DNA of 64,000 bases from assembly GCA_976551045.1 (NCBI GenBank), contig CDPCPM010000012.1, positions 2,542,001 to 2,606,000 on the forward strand. The letters run 5' to 3'. This document shows, piece after piece, positions 27,265 through 41,391 of this stretch. Under the pieces are notes generated by a model. It made no database searches. It worked only from the letters and a program-made list of their open reading frames with translations, and was not told the origin of the DNA. Source of the DNA: Glaucostegus cemiculus (taxonomy: Eukaryota). Position 1 is the first letter of the stretch; each line of letters opens with the position of its first letter. Both the position numbers and the translations under genes were made by a program.

Positions 27265-28653
27265 CTGTGGTGGGGAAGATACTAGAATCGATCCTCAAGG
27301 ATGAGGTGATGGGATACATGGAGGTGCAAGGCAAGATAGGTCCTAGTCAACATGGATTTGTGAAGGGAAGATCCTGCCTGACCAATTTATTGGAGTTTTT
27401 TGAAGAAATCTCAGGCAGGGTGGACAAGGGAGAGGCCGTAGATGTAGTGTATTTAGACTTTCAGAAGGCATTCGACAAGGTGCCGCACAAAAGACTAATT
27501 AGTAAGATGAGAGATCACGGAATAACTGGCAGGATAACAGAATGGGTGGAGAGTTGGCTGGATGGCAGGAAACAGAGGGTGGGAATAAAAGGATCGTGTT
27601 CTGGTTGGCTGCCGGTTACTAGTGGTGTTCCGCAGGGGTCGGTGTTGGGGCCCCTTCTTTTTACCTTATATATTAATGATTTAGACGAAGGAGTCAATGG
27701 GTTTGTGGCCAAGTTTGCAGATGACACTAAGATTGGGGGAGGAGTGGAGAGTATTGAGGAGACAGGAAAGTTACAGAGAGACTTGGATATTCTAGGAGAA
27801 TGGGCGAAGAAATGGCAGATGAGGTTCAACGTGGAAAAATGTGCAGTTGTACACTTCGGAAGTAGAAATGGAAGGGCAGACTATTATCTAGAAGGAGATA
27901 AAATTGGAAGCACAGAAGTACAAAGGGACTTAGGGGTGCTCGTACAGGATAACCTAAAGGTTAACCGCCAGGTTGGATCGGCAGTAAGGAAAGCGAATGC
28001 TATGTTGGCATTTATTTCGAGGGGTATAGTATATAAAAGCAAGGAAGTGTTGATGAGGCTATACGGGGCACTGGTGAGGCCTCACTTGGAGTACTGTGTG
28101 CAGTTTTGGGCCCCATACCTTAGGAAGGATGTGCTGATGTTGGAGAGGGTTCAGAGGAGATTTACTAGGATGATTCCTGGGATGAAAAAGTTTACATATG
28201 ACGAGCGACTGTCGTCACTTGGACTGTACTCGTTGGAGTACAGAAGAATGAGAGGGGACCTAATAGAAACGTACAGGATGTTGAAAGGAATGGACCAAGT
28301 GAATGTGGTCAAGCTGTTTCCCTTGGTGGGGGAATCCAGGACTAGAGGACACAAACTTAGAATTAGAAGAAGCAGGTTCAAAACAGAGATAAGGAGGAAT
28401 TTCTTTAGCCAGAGGGTGGTGAACCTGTGGAACTCCTTACCACAGAAAGCAGTGGAAGCCAGATCATTGGGGATATTCAAGAAGGAAATAGATAGATATC
28501 TAATTGGTCAAGGTATCAAGGGATATGGAGATAAGGCAGGGATTTGGACTTAGAATAGTAGGGTGTTTTTTTTTCCCACCCTCCCTTCCCTTTGGAGCAG
28601 ACTCGATGGGCCGACTGGCCTGCTTCTGCTCCATTATCTTGTGATCTTGTGAT
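27265..28653 (+). mobile_element. Young 5'-truncated CR1 LINE, antisense to MAGI1
   Basis: Uninterrupted RT ORF, 3' stem (gatgggccgactggcctgc), (ATCTTGTG)n tail, candidate TSD CTAAT at 27260-27264 and 28654-28658. Confidence 0.97.
27267..28553 (+). CDS. CR1 ORF2 C-terminal part: reverse transcriptase, 428 aa, no endonuclease, no true start codon
   Basis: Motifs QHGF, YLDFQKAFDKV, GVPQGSVLGP, FADD, HLEYCVQFW. Confidence 0.93.
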   Translation: MVGKILESILKDEVMGYMEVQGKIGPSQHGFVKGRSCLTNLLEFFEEISGRVDKGEAVDVVYLDFQKAFDKVPHKRLISKMRDHGITGRITEWVESWLDGRKQRVGIKGSCSGWLPVTSGVPQGSVLGPLLFTLYINDLDEGVNGFVAKFADDTKIGGGVESIEETGKLQRDLDILGEWAKKWQMRFNVEKCAVVHFGSRNGRADYYLEGDKIGSTEVQRDLGVLVQDNLKVNRQVGSAVRKANAMLAFISRGIVYKSKEVLMRLYGALVRPHLEYCVQFWAPYLRKDVLMLERVQRRFTRMIPGMKKFTYDERLSSLGLYSLEYRRMRGDLIETYRMLKGMDQVNVVKLFPLVGESRTRGHKLRIRRSRFKTEIRRNFFSQRVVNLWNSLPQKAVEARSLGIFKKEIDRYLIGQGIKGYGDKAGIWT

Positions 28654-29751
28654 CTAATAGTTGGTTTTGTCCCTCTTCACTGAAGTGAATGGAATTGCTG
28701 TTCCTGCACCAGCCTAACATAGCAATAGGGCTCAACTGGCAGATTGCCCCCATGCAAATACAGGGAGATTAGAACCTCACTGCTGTACTGCAGCATCCCA
28801 TGAGCTCTCCAATGTCAGTGCAGTCCAAAGAGCAGTCAGCAAGTTCAGGACTTCCATGTTTGTGAAAGAATCCCAACTCAGAGACACATGGAAAAATATT
28901 GGCAGTTCATTGTGGAACTGTTGGCATTTACCAGCACTTTCTGGTGCAGCAAGGAAGTGAATCCACAACTTAGATACTCAACAGTTGACTGTACAGCTGA
29001 AGAAAATGGAGCAGGAACCAAAGACATTGGGATGAGAGAATAAAGCATTTTGGTATATGAGCTCTACGCCTTGGACAAGGTGTTGGCATGAAGAGTGAAA
29101 GATAGGACATCAGCATGAGAATAGCCAGGTGTAGAGGTATGAAACTGCATGGAAGGAACTCAGCAGCAGGTGGGCTGAGTCAGGGGTTCAAAGGAAGTAG
29201 CAACCTTAATGATGTTGAGGGTAGAAGGGTCAGAATCTCAGCTTAAGGCCATGATTGCATGCGAAGTGAACCTGTAGAAAGTTTGCAGGAGACATCATCA
29301 GGTATGGCTGAGGTGCTACACAAGGTTAGACATACTGACAACAACTTACAGACTCTTACATGATGTGTAAATAATTATGCAAGATACAAGTAATTGTACC
29401 ATCTAGTTGCAGTGGAAAAAGTTATCCTAGTGTAGAGATTGTGGTAAAACAACAAACAGGGGGAAAGCTTCTCAGTTTTTTAATGAACCAGTAGTTTCAA
29501 TTAGCAGATTTAAAATTTTACGTAATTTATTGTATAAGTAATGATATAGAGGCCTGAAGGTGGCTAGGATGCTTAGTTAAAATTGGGCATGTGGAATATG
29601 TTTGTAGATTTACAGATCTAATTCAATGCCTCAACACAAAATAATGTTCTGGCAATTGGTCCCATCCACACCTTTATATTCCAGGAACAATTACTTTCAT
29701 GCAAGGACGCAGCAATATATTTTGTTTCTAATCAGAGGTTGACAACTACTA

Positions 29752-30003
<252 letters not shown>

Positions 30004-30964
30004 CTAATAGTTCAAGGTCAGTTGTAATATGTTTTGCACCCATAATTTCCAATAGCTAAAATGCATCACAATACTTTCCATCTGACACTCTTAAAAGAGC
30101 TAGGAGAAATAAAGCAAAGTCTAGTGCACTTCTGGTAACAGCCCATTTCCGGGAGTAGGAAATTTAAAATGAGGATATTATTTGATTCACAAAATGGCAC
30201 CCTATTGAGGAGCAATATTGGGGTACTCGAGTATGTCAATCCAAACCAGGTACAAATCCTGCCTTTGTTTTACCACAGATCAAGATAGAACAATGCCATT
30301 GGCTTAGTGCTTTTAGAGGATGAGGAAAAAAAACAAAGGTGCAACCGTCAGGAAAGCTTGATTATCTGTAATAATTCTACCATTTTTTTTTCTAAATTCA
30401 AAGGCACACTGAGTAAATAGGAAATTATGTAGATGTTCAGAAGTTCTCAGAAATCCAACTGCATTTTTTGCAAACCATAATTTATCAAAATGATCATGCA
30501 TAACACTGGCCATTTTTGCAGTTAGCTACAGTGAGAAGTCACCACATAATCATAATCTGCATGTTTACAACACTGAAATGTGCAAATGAGTCCCTCAAAG
30601 CTCACATTGGGATTTTAATGAAATAACAGATGCATGATTGAGAATTTGATAGTACGAAGCTGACAACAACAGGAATCTTCATTCAGCTGCTGAAAGACTG
30701 CTGATCTTTAAAACTGGATTTTAGTCTAGTGTAAAACATGAGAAAAAAATTGGAATTTAGAATTCAAAAATCTTGATTTGACTGATACCAAAAATATTTT
30801 GCTCACCTAGTCTCAACTTCTCAGAAGTATTTTTAAAGCAATTAAACACAATCCTTGTAAAAAGAATATTAATTTTCAATTTAAATTTATGTATACAGTG
30901 AAATATTCATTATTTCAATACAGGAATGTTAAACAAAGTTTTTAAATTCTGACTGAAGTCTTAC

Positions 30965-31490
30965 AGTGTCATAGAAATGTATGGTATAGAATGAGGCCAT
31001 TCGGTCATTGTGTCCAATCCAGCTAAAAATGGACCTCAATCTAATCACACTTTCCAATTCCTGATCCATATATGCAGGTAATGGGTTTTCAAGTGGTTAC
31101 TCGGGAACTTTTTCCAAGTGTTTAGGGTTTTTCAGTACATTTTAGATTCAACCCCACTGCCATCATTTGTTGATTGAAATTATGTTTTCCTCAATTCTCC
31201 ATTAATCCTTTTACCAATTAATTTAACTTTACGCCTCCCTAGTTACTAATCAACTTGAGAAGGCCCCATTGCCTGTCCATGGCTCTCACAATGTTAAACA
31301 CCTCAGTTAAATCTCCCTTCATTCTACTTTGTCCCAATGAGAACAAGACCCATTGAACCAATCTCTCCTCAGAACCAATAATTCACCGGCAACATCTTAT
31401 AAATCTCTTCTGCACTTTCTGTATAGTGTAGTGGGCCAGAACTGCTTACAGTGCTGTAGCTGTGGTCTACAACAGTTTGATACAGTCTCT
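30965..31490 (-). mobile_element. Old CR1 3' fragment
   Basis: Reverse tail (gaggccattcggtcattg) and gggccagaactgcttacagtgctgtagctgtggtct (approximately RPQLxxCxQFW on the reverse strand). Confidence 0.7.
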
Positions 31491-32143
31491 GGAAGAAACT
31501 TTACCCAGGGTTTGGTTTCAGTCCATTTTAATTTTCAATTTCTGTCAGACTTTATAACAAAAGTAATCTGGATGTTATTTAATTAGACCTATTACAATTA
31601 AAGGAGTAAGTAATGCTGTTTGAATCTGTTGTAGTTTAAAGGAAGTTGAACCGTTCAAGATTTTCTATGAAATTCTGATTCACATATGTATTTCTAAACA
31701 AGGAAGGGTGTGATTTCAATGCAAAGCACAACTTTGGCCAAGGCAGGGGCAAACCTCCTGATGCCTCTGGAGCAATGTCTTTAAAACATTAGAGTTAGCA
31801 CAGTGCTTAATTTAGCATTCAGATCAGTGTTGATCCACAGTAAGAAATGTGAAAAATTGTTTTATTATTAGCTAACATTGTTTGTGACAATCACTTTTTT
31901 TATAAAGTGAGGTGGGCATAATAAATTAATACCAATTACTTTCCTGAGTCCTGCCCACATAATGTAAAATACTGAACTACCAAACATGTCTGAAGCCCTA
32001 GTGTGCAGCTATTAAGTGCATTAAGCTACCAGCTGTGCCACTTTAGAATGGTAAAGTCTTACACAACGAGCTTGATTCAGAAAAGGTTTTGCTCTTTTCC
32101 ATTGAACATAAACATAATATTGGGCAATATCAAACCATTTTCA

Positions 32144-32269
<126 letters not shown>

Positions 32270-33309
32270 TCACATCATAAATGTGTATAAATGTGTGAAA
32301 GCATAATAGAGGTCAATTGGTTTCCATTAACAACTGGACACATTCAGCATCTTGTTTGCTGCCTGACAGTTTAGGAGCTTTAAAATTGCTCAGCAAATGA
32401 CAATATTAAATTAAACGCTTCCATTGTTTGAATTGGTGTCACCATCCCCAATTGATTTTAGGATTGAATCACAGACTGCTGGTCGGGTGTCACAATTTAT
32501 TACAAAAGCAAAATTATAAATCATGGCAATGTCTCCAAGATGGCTGGAAGGCAGAAATTCAATAAAGAAATTGCTGGCAATAAATCCACACACTTTGGCT
32601 ACCCTTCACTTTCATTCCTAATGATGGGCAGGCGCCATTGACCATTATAATGACACCAACAGCAGAGTCCAAGATTAAAAACTTCTTCAATAGATGCTTG
32701 TTAAACACCAGCGAAACATACCTGGTGGTTCATTTTATGAGTAAAATGATGAAAGCACACCCATTGCATATTTCCACTGTGCAAACAGTGACATTTATAG
32801 ACGGCGACCTAGTTGATTAAAAATCTGAAGTATTAAATTCAACCATACACTGTTAATATTAACTGTAGCTCTACAGCTACACAGCCATACTAAAAACCTT
32901 TACTTCAGTAAATAACAATAATTAAAATTAAATAGCACCACCTTATATGCAGGAAATTTAATTTTATATTACATTACTCATCAGAATTAACCTATCAACG
33001 ACTGTGAAAGTTAAAAAGACACAAATTATTTAATTATAAGAAAACTGATATGTGAGGATATATGAATTTATGAAAAATTTCCTGTCTGGGGTTCCTTTGC
33101 TTTCATGAGCTGATTATCACATTGTGCGACTTGTGTTGTTGCTATGTTACTGTTAAGTTATGGGTTTCATTTTAGGAATACCATATACATCTTCCCTTTA
33201 AGAACCATGTGTATAGATGTGAACATGTGTCTAGCTTGCAGGACAATAATGAAACAGCATGTTGGACTCCACGTTAAGAAGCTTCATTTAAAAACATAAG
33301 GGCCAAACC

Positions 33310-33620
33310 ACTGGAGTTTATATAGCTGAGTCTCACAGATCCAACTGTCCCAGGTTTGGTCTCCAACTTGTGAGGTGAGCTGAGATCAAGGTGAGAGTAG
33401 TCCACTCATCCTCTGTCTTAAAGACAAAAGAAGGCAAAATAAACATTCAACCCAGTGTCCTGAACCAATTATCCAATGGTTTCTGTTGGAAGCTTTGCCA
33501 ACCTGGATGTTAGACAAGATCTTGCTTGACTGTGATTCCAACTCCAGTTAAAAAGCCAAATAATCCTCATGTTGACAAGTGTTGGAAATTTTCCAGTAAC
33601 TACAGAACCAAACACTAGCC
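33310..33620 (+). mobile_element. Ancient tRNA-SINE remnant
   Basis: gtcccaggtttggtctcc B-box-like segment; same family impression as the 7505 remnant. Confidence 0.35.
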
Positions 33621-36452
33621 AGGGTTACCCTGATATCCATTCCTTTCTTCTCAGTTTTCCCCCAACATTGAGTTCCTTTGCTCCCATAACATCATCCTTT
33701 CTTGACAGATGAAGTGAAGAGGGACAACATGAAAGGATGAAAGGTGCAGAAATTGCAACACTGGTCTAGTTATGTGTTTTCCTACAAGTTACAAGGCAAA
33801 CGCTGGGATGAAGCAGATAAAACAAAAACATAAGAATTACACATAAGAACAAAAGACAATGAAAATAAAAATCTACAAGATACTCAATGTAACAGGAGAA
33901 TATTAATAAAAAATAGGAATCTATAATAAAAAAGGGCATAGAAATTGGGTTTCATTTTATTTGGTGTGCTGAACTGTCACTACATTTAGTGGTAAAGGCT
34001 ATAAATGGGAGATCTATTGCAGAAAGCTTGGAATGATCCTGAGAATATATTGTTCATCAGAAAGGTGTCTCTGAAGAATTTCTGGAAGTAGACTTTTTAC
34101 TGATGGATGTGTCTTTACTTCCTGACCAAAGGTGCCCAATCAACAGTGAGTGGCCAGACATGACCAGAACGATATTTCCACCAGTTTCAAGAGCATCTCA
34201 GCAATTAAATACTGCAGACAACAAAATTCCTGTTAGTTTGCACACACTCTGTGGACTTTTAGAGGTGAATGAACATCCAGCAAAGTGCCAAAGCTGCATG
34301 GTCACATTCTTTGAAATCAGTCACTTTAAATAGTGAGTAAAGCCAGGAGTACAACAGGATCCTACTTGTACTGAAATTGTTCCAATCTGGCTGTAGACTG
34401 CAGCTGAGAGTCCAATTTATCTCAGGAAGGCCAGAAATGGGCACAGCATAAATGGTGACATCATCATGCATGTGCCTGACACAGGAGAAATGTTCAATGG
34501 GCTAGAGTGGATTGTGCACAGAAATGGCTGGTTCACCTTCATAAGGAGTGTGATTTCACACAGTAGTCATTGCTACTGTGATCTACTCCAGATAAACTTG
34601 ACTTTTGCAGGGACAGCATCTAAAATACTTTAAAACGCAAAGTACAGGAATATGCTCCTGCTTGAAATTCCAAGTACAACTTATGTATTTCCACAGTTTG
34701 GTCAATCATGAAACATAATCCCTGGATATCTGACTTTTGCAATTCCTTGTGAGTTTTTGGTGTATTTATCTGTCTATGTCTTTCCATTGATTTGCGTTGG
34801 CAACACCCGATTATTTTTGTGTAAAATCATTGGCTATTAAACAGTTTATTCACATCTGTGATTTACTTGCACCTTTCTTGCAGGAATTAGTTGATCGATG
34901 TCATAAGGTTGCAAATCATGTCTGCTGAAAGAAACCCTCTAAATTGTTTTTGAGTATTATTATAACTGGAACAACTGGTAATACAACAATTTAATGCACT
35001 CACTACCACACTATCTCAATGATCAATGTGATAATAGCTATATGTCATTGATTTATAGTTCCTGATTCCCCATTAACAGTTTGAAGATGATTAAGATTCA
35101 GTTAATTTACAAGGTAGAACCACTGACAAATCATTTTCTTGGACACAAGTGCAGAGCCACCGTGCAGGATGCTGCTACCATTTACGCACTGCCAGCACAC
35201 CACAGGCTTCACCATGTCTGCAGCAAATGGCTCTGCTGGGAACTCTAACATATGTCTGTTCGCTTAGCAGCTTTCAACAGTTTTCTATTTGCTCCATCTG
35301 TACCTCAAACAACTGCAACCAGGTATACAAAGGTCGTCCTATGCACTAGCAGAGAAAATCAAATTAACAACCAAGTTACTGTTATTGTAAATACTGACTG
35401 GGCCTCCATTTCCAGTATACATGTCCTCCCGAGTAACAGACAGGTTCTGTTTTTCCAAATGTCCATAAATCAATTTTGTCCGTAAGTCAGAAAACACACA
35501 AAAAAAAACTCTAGATGGTAACCACACCTCCACAGTATTGTAATTAATGGTATCATAAGGGCATAAGACTGATAAGAAAGAACAATTTACGGGGAGACAG
35601 AGGGGGAGAGAACTACTTCTACCATTCATAGGAACAAATGTATATGTGTATGTATTTTGGACTTTTGAATTTAGTAATATTATGGGAATTTGTTCACACG
35701 CAAGGGGTGTCCATAAGTCAGGTATTCTTAACCCAAGGACAGCCTGTATTTCTATTTCTATTAAAGTAACTTCAGGATTTCCCATTAGTTTTGCAGAAAA
35801 ATCTAGCACTTCAGCATGCTAAACCTTTCTTCCCAATTCAACATTTACCCAATGTACCAGTTTATGCATTTTGTGACCTAGGCAGAGGGCTGTTTGTAAA
35901 TTAAACATGCCAACAACACTGTAATTTCAATAAATGCCTATGGATAACATGGGCCTATCAGAAGACTAGTACACTGCATCGCAGAATATCACATCAAAGG
36001 AAAAATCGTCTTGAAGCTGCTGCAGCTTCGGGGGCATTGATAGAAGGCTGACAACATCCCACTGGTGGTTTGGCTGCATCTAACACAAACTAAGCAAGAT
36101 CAGTATAAAACCACTGCAAATGAAGGCTGCCCAGGGAGAGATCAGAAAATTAACTATTTGTGCAATAATGGAGACCCAACTGAAAAACATGATACTGGTC
36201 CAAAACTGAATAAATATTGTATTTCATAAAGAATACTGTGTAATTGTTAAAAGGGGTTCGAGTGGGGCAGCAGCAGGAAACCACTGGCATGGACCGACTG
36301 TGTTGAATAGTCCACTTCCACACAGTAATTCTCTGTTGTGTGATTTAACCTTATTAAAATGTTGTGGAGATTTAAAAACAATTACAGTGACAGGACAGCA
36401 ACAGCCATGGGGGAACACCAAGGTGAAATGGGGTCATCACGTTAAAATGCAA

Positions 36453-36595
36453 CGTATTGGTATTGGTTTATTGTTGTCACTTGTACCGAGGTACAGTGAA
36501 AAGCTTGTCTTACAAACCGATCGTACAGGTCAATTCATTACACGGTGCAGTTACATTGTTAGTAGAAAGTGCATTGATGTAGTACAGTTGGAAGG
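36453..36595 (-). mobile_element. Rex1-type 3' tail fragment
   Basis: Reverse reads ...gtgacaacaataaaccaataccaatac (polyA signal plus short tandem tail). Confidence 0.55.
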
Positions 36596-36599
36596 AGAC

Positions 36600-37255
36600 T
36601 GAAGCAGCAACTGGTCAAATTGGCCTCATGAAAACCTCTCAGCTTCAGGGACCCGAGTTTGATGCTGATCCCAGTTAAGATAAGATATCTTTATTAGTCA
36701 CATGTACATCAAACCACACAGTGAAATACATCTTTTGTGTAGCGTGTTCTGGAGGCAGCCCACAAGTGTCACCACACTTCTGACACCAACATAGCATGCA
36801 CACAACTTCCTAACCCGTACATCTTTGAAACGTGGGAGAAAACTGGAGCACCTGGCAGAAACCCACACAGACACAGGGAGAACGTACGAACTTCTTACAG
36901 ACAGTGGTGGGAATTGAACCCAGGTTGCTGGCGCTGTAATAGCATTATGCTAACCACTACACTACCGTGCTGTCCATGTGGAGTTTGCACATTCTCTCCA
37001 TGATTGGATCTCTGGTGGGTCTTCCGGTTTCTTCACCCACCCCAAAGATTTGCTGGTATGTTAAACAGCTTCTGTAAATACACTATATTGTACATTAAAT
37101 AGCAAAAGAACCAAAGGGGAATTGACGGGCATATGTGAGAGAGGACAAGTTGCAGGGGGGCAGGTAAATGTGGAGAGAATGAATTGGACTGATGGGATTG
37201 CTTCCCATGGAGCCATCATGAAACCTAGTGGACTATATGTCCTCCTTCTGTGCCA
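36600..37255 (+). mobile_element. Old V-SINE interrupted by a younger SINE
   Basis: Head (ctcagcttcagggacccgagtttgat) at about 36638-36675 resumes as gctgtccatgtggagtttgcacattctc at about 36969. Confidence 0.7.
36678..36970 (-). mobile_element. V-SINE with Rex1/L2-type tail, nested
   Basis: Reverse reads gcacggtagtgtagtggttagc head, ggttcaattccc B box, V-domain, and tail gtgactaataaagatatcttatctt. Confidence 0.88.
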
Positions 37256-37384
37256 TTAAAAGTACATCAGAAGCCACAAGGAGAGTACAACAAGCACCAG
37301 AAATGCCAAGGTCAGATTCCAGTGTTTACATTTTATGACTGATGCAAGATATGGATTATTGTTAATTTGCTAGTACATTTTGTG

Positions 37385-38175
37385 AAGTGATACACTTTGT
37401 ACGATCGAATCTGCAGGCAGAATACAAGGTTAATGGCAGGACTCTTAGCAGTGTGGATGAACAGAGGGATCTTGGGGTTCACGTCCATAGATCCCTCAAG
37501 GTTGCTGTGCAGGTTGATAGGGTTGTTAAGAAGGTGTATAATGTGTTGGTCTTCATTAGTCAGGGTAATGAGTTCAAGAGCTGAGAGGTAATTTAGCAAC
37601 TCTATAAAACTCTGGTTAGACCACACTTGGAGTATTGTGTTCAGTTCCGGTTGCTTCATTATAGGAAGGATGTGGATGCTTTAGAGAGGGTACAGAGGAG
37701 ATTTACCAGGATGCTGCCTGGATTGGAGAGTATGTCTTATGAGGATAGGCTGAGCGAGCTAGGGCTTTTCTCTATGGAGCAAAGGAGAATAAGAGATGAC
37801 TTGATAAAGGTGTACAAGATGATAAGAGGTATAGATAGAGTGGACAGTCAGAGACATTTTCTCAGGGCAAAAATGGCTAACATGAGGGGGAATAATTTTA
37901 AGGTGAATGGAGTAAGGTATAGGGGGGATGTCAGAGGCAAGGTTTTTTTTAAATACACAGAGACTGGTGGGTGTATAGAATGCACTGCTGGCAAAGGTGG
38001 TGGAGGCAGATACATTCAGACATTTTAGAGACTCTTAGATAGTCACATGAATGATAGAAAAATAGAAGGCTATATGGGAGGGAAGGGTTAGATAGATCTT
38101 AGAGCAGGATAAAGTGTTGGAAGAACATCATGGGCCAAAGGGCCTGTACTGTGCTGTAATGTTCTATGTTCTATG
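37385..38175 (+). mobile_element. CR1 LINE 3' fragment, moderately old
   Basis: ORFs 37387 and 37627 (EQRDLGVHVH, LEYCVQF, LERVQRRFTRM) with a stop and a frameshift; (TGTTCTA)n tail. Confidence 0.92.
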
Positions 38176-39120
38176 GGGGTATCACCTACAGCAATAGGAT
38201 TGAATGGGTAAAGCAAATGTGGTAATTGGCCAAATTCATTATGTTGCACATCTACGAGACCATCCCATACGGAGATAAATGCATGCAAAATCCTGCATCC
38301 AACAAGTAGTAGAGAATAATCCTACAACTCCCAGTGAGAAGGGATGGAACATGTGCTAAAAGAATATTGTTTGTGCTGGGTGCTGAAGGTAATGGCCCTG
38401 ACCCATGGTACACAATGGCTTTAAGGGCTGGGTGTAAATAAAAGGGGAAACAATTTAATCAAACTGCAGTTCTAACATATCACACAAGACAGTTGCTCAC
38501 AACAGGATTTGTATCCCAGAACATCATATAGACTCATCTCCTAACACCTGGTGAAGTTCACTATCTGTAATGCAAGAACAATTGTGCTTCTTCCTCAGTC
38601 ATTTATATGAAACATTTGTTGGGTTAAGGATTACATGGAAAATTATATTGCAACATCCTGTTAATCACATCCCCATTCACAATACACTACAATAACTTCT
38701 AATTATTTACCGAGATTGTCATTGCTGGTAGTTTAACTCTGAAGGAAAGTCTACTGATTTTAAACTGAGGTGTAAGACTTAAAAAGGCAACTATTCCTGT
38801 TGGTGCTATTTGTTAGTAACTGTCTACCATCAAAATGTGCTATTTGATAACTTCGAGTTTGTTTTCACCTACATTTTACAAAATATTCAAGCCTTCCTTC
38901 CGAATATTTACATGGACAGTTGCACATTGAATCGTCAGAAAACAACAGCTGCAACATCATTAACAGAGCCCACTGCTCTAGCTTGCCAATGACCATGAAA
39001 ATACAAAATAGTTCTTTGATGAAGGACACAAATGTCAATCTTTTATTTATTACAGTTACTTGCTGGCAAGAAGTGTTAAAGTCAGCCACATGAAAGGAGA
39101 AACGTTTGGAATTTTTATCA

Positions 39121-39345
<225 letters not shown>

Positions 39346-40191
39346 CTACAATTATTCAAGAGAACAGAAGGTCACTCCAGCTTTTCACTGAGTGTGAGCA
39401 ATCGATACAATGCTCCCATTTTGAAAAAAGTCGTTTCTCAAAGTTAAGTTGTTTACTGCAGCTATAACTATTTTAAGGCAGCCTATCATGAAAAGTGCAC
39501 AATGCACAAAATAAGGAGTCATAGCAACCCAGCTTTTTAGAACAATTATATATTTCTAATGACTAGAAAATGGGTGACACATTTCATATCAGGTTCAAAA
39601 TAAAAACAGGAGGACTTTGCTTTCTTCAAACAGAGAGCATAGGTAGTCTGAAAATAAATACCACAAAGCACACTTCAAGTGAAGATATTCCATGCACACA
39701 GATGTGTTCTGCCAAAGGGTAAATTTATCTGAAACTGACAAAGAAGCACATGAAGAATGACATTTCTCAAATTTGATAGTGAATGCAACCATGCTTCCCA
39801 TTTGCAGACCTAATACAATCTGACAATGGAGTGGGCCTGAAGTTACTTTAATGTGACTTTAATCAGCGCTGCCTTGCAACCATTAGAAATGCATTAATTA
39901 TGTTTTCTTTAAAGGATCTTCTTAGTGGTTGGGAAGGGAACATCTACCGAGATGGGACAAGAAAATGGGAAATTTGCTAATGTCAATTTTACCTGTAGTA
40001 CAATCCAATCAGTTAAACAAAGGAGGAATGTTTATAAGTAAAATGGAGATAAACAGCTCAAATCTTGGGTAAATTCATAAATGGAAGAAAGAATGAGGAT
40101 GAAACAAACACATTACACAGCAAGCTGGCAATTCCTTCATGAATACACAATGTATAATGAGAGGAGACACTGGGCCTGGCATGAAACTTAC

Positions 40192-40220
40192 CGACTTTGG
40201 GCTTTTCTTGGGCAGTGGTC
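40192..40220 (-). CDS. MAGI1: MAGI1 29-nt micro-exon (GPLPKKSPKS)
   Basis: Acceptor ttttacag|GA, donor TCG|gtaagt. Needed to join phase 1 to phase 0; resembles human GLPVPKKSPKS. Confidence 0.92.
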
Positions 40221-41082
40221 CTGTAAAACAGCAAAAACAAAAAAAAAATCAAGATTCAGCAATAAGAAAATCTTATAAGAATGCAAAGGACATGATCTAA
40301 ATTTGTTTAGTGAGCATGAATCTCTCGGACCATGTTAAAATCTGTGCCAGCCGCTGTGCCTGGCGTCTGATCAGATCAGATTATAGCGTGTTGAATCTCC
40401 GGTACATCGGTTTTGCTGACTCCTGAATCAGCAGCCTCCAGGCTAGCAGTCTAAACCAGTCAGTGTGACCCATGAAACTAGATTCTGCAGCAGAAGCAGA
40501 AAAAATTCTACTGCTCTGACTATAAAGACATGGCAAAATTAAATTAAAAATTAATAAATATTCAACAAGCAGCAATTCAAATTCCTCTAATTTCTCAGTT
40601 ACTTCTATACTGCTAAAGCTTCAAAACATTCTCACTCAGAAACTAGCGCAGATGTCCTACAATAGCTTATGGATGCGTAAACCAAGTTTCCTTCTGAAGT
40701 TATATTATATGGCAGAGAACTGTAGAGATGAAAGCTCTCTAATTCCCCAGCCTACTGACTCCAAGGTTAGCCATGGCAAATATAAAAATATAAATATTCA
40801 GATGGGATAGTAAACTTCACTAAAAATATTTTGTTTTTATTTAAAATGTTCATGTTCTCTCATTGTCTCCAGAACATGATGAATTGTATGACCCTCCCAG
40901 TATAATACTTCTCCAGGGCTGCCTCTGACAGTGGATCAAGTTCACCTTCCTCAGGCTGCACTGATTCCTTACGCACCTCTGAAAGAACCAAGCACTATTT
41001 CCAAATGATACCCGAGTTAGAAAACGACAGTCAAACTTTATAAATTGTCAGTGTTATTATGGCCACGAATCCTCTTTTAGTG

Positions 41083-41391
41083 TCATAGGAGGTACAGGCC
41101 CTTTGGTCTAGTGATCCATACTGACAGTCAAATACCCATTTACAGTCATCTACATTAATACCATAGTTCAGTCTTCCCACATTCTCATCAACTTCAACCA
41201 CACTAGGGGCAACTTGCAGTGTCCTACCAACCTACACCTCTTTGAGATGTGGGAGGAAACCAGGGCACTTGGAGAAAACCCATGCAAAAGGAGAACATGC
41301 AAACTCCACACAGACAGCATCAGAGGTCAGGTTTGAACCTGGGTCTCGTGCCGTGAGGCAGCGGCTCTACTAGATGCACCACTGTGCCACC
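41083..41391 (-). mobile_element. V-SINE (HE1-like)
   Basis: Reverse head (gtggcacagtggtgca...ctgcctcacggc), V-domain, CR1-like tail. Confidence 0.82.

Noticed and set aside
27515-28480. Minus-strand ORFs of 104 and 109 aa
   Set aside because: Antisense shadows of the CR1 RT frame.
35339-35809. 156-aa minus-strand ORF as an extra MAGI1 exon
   Set aside because: No similarity to MAGI or any domain I recognise, and no convincing in-phase splice sites.
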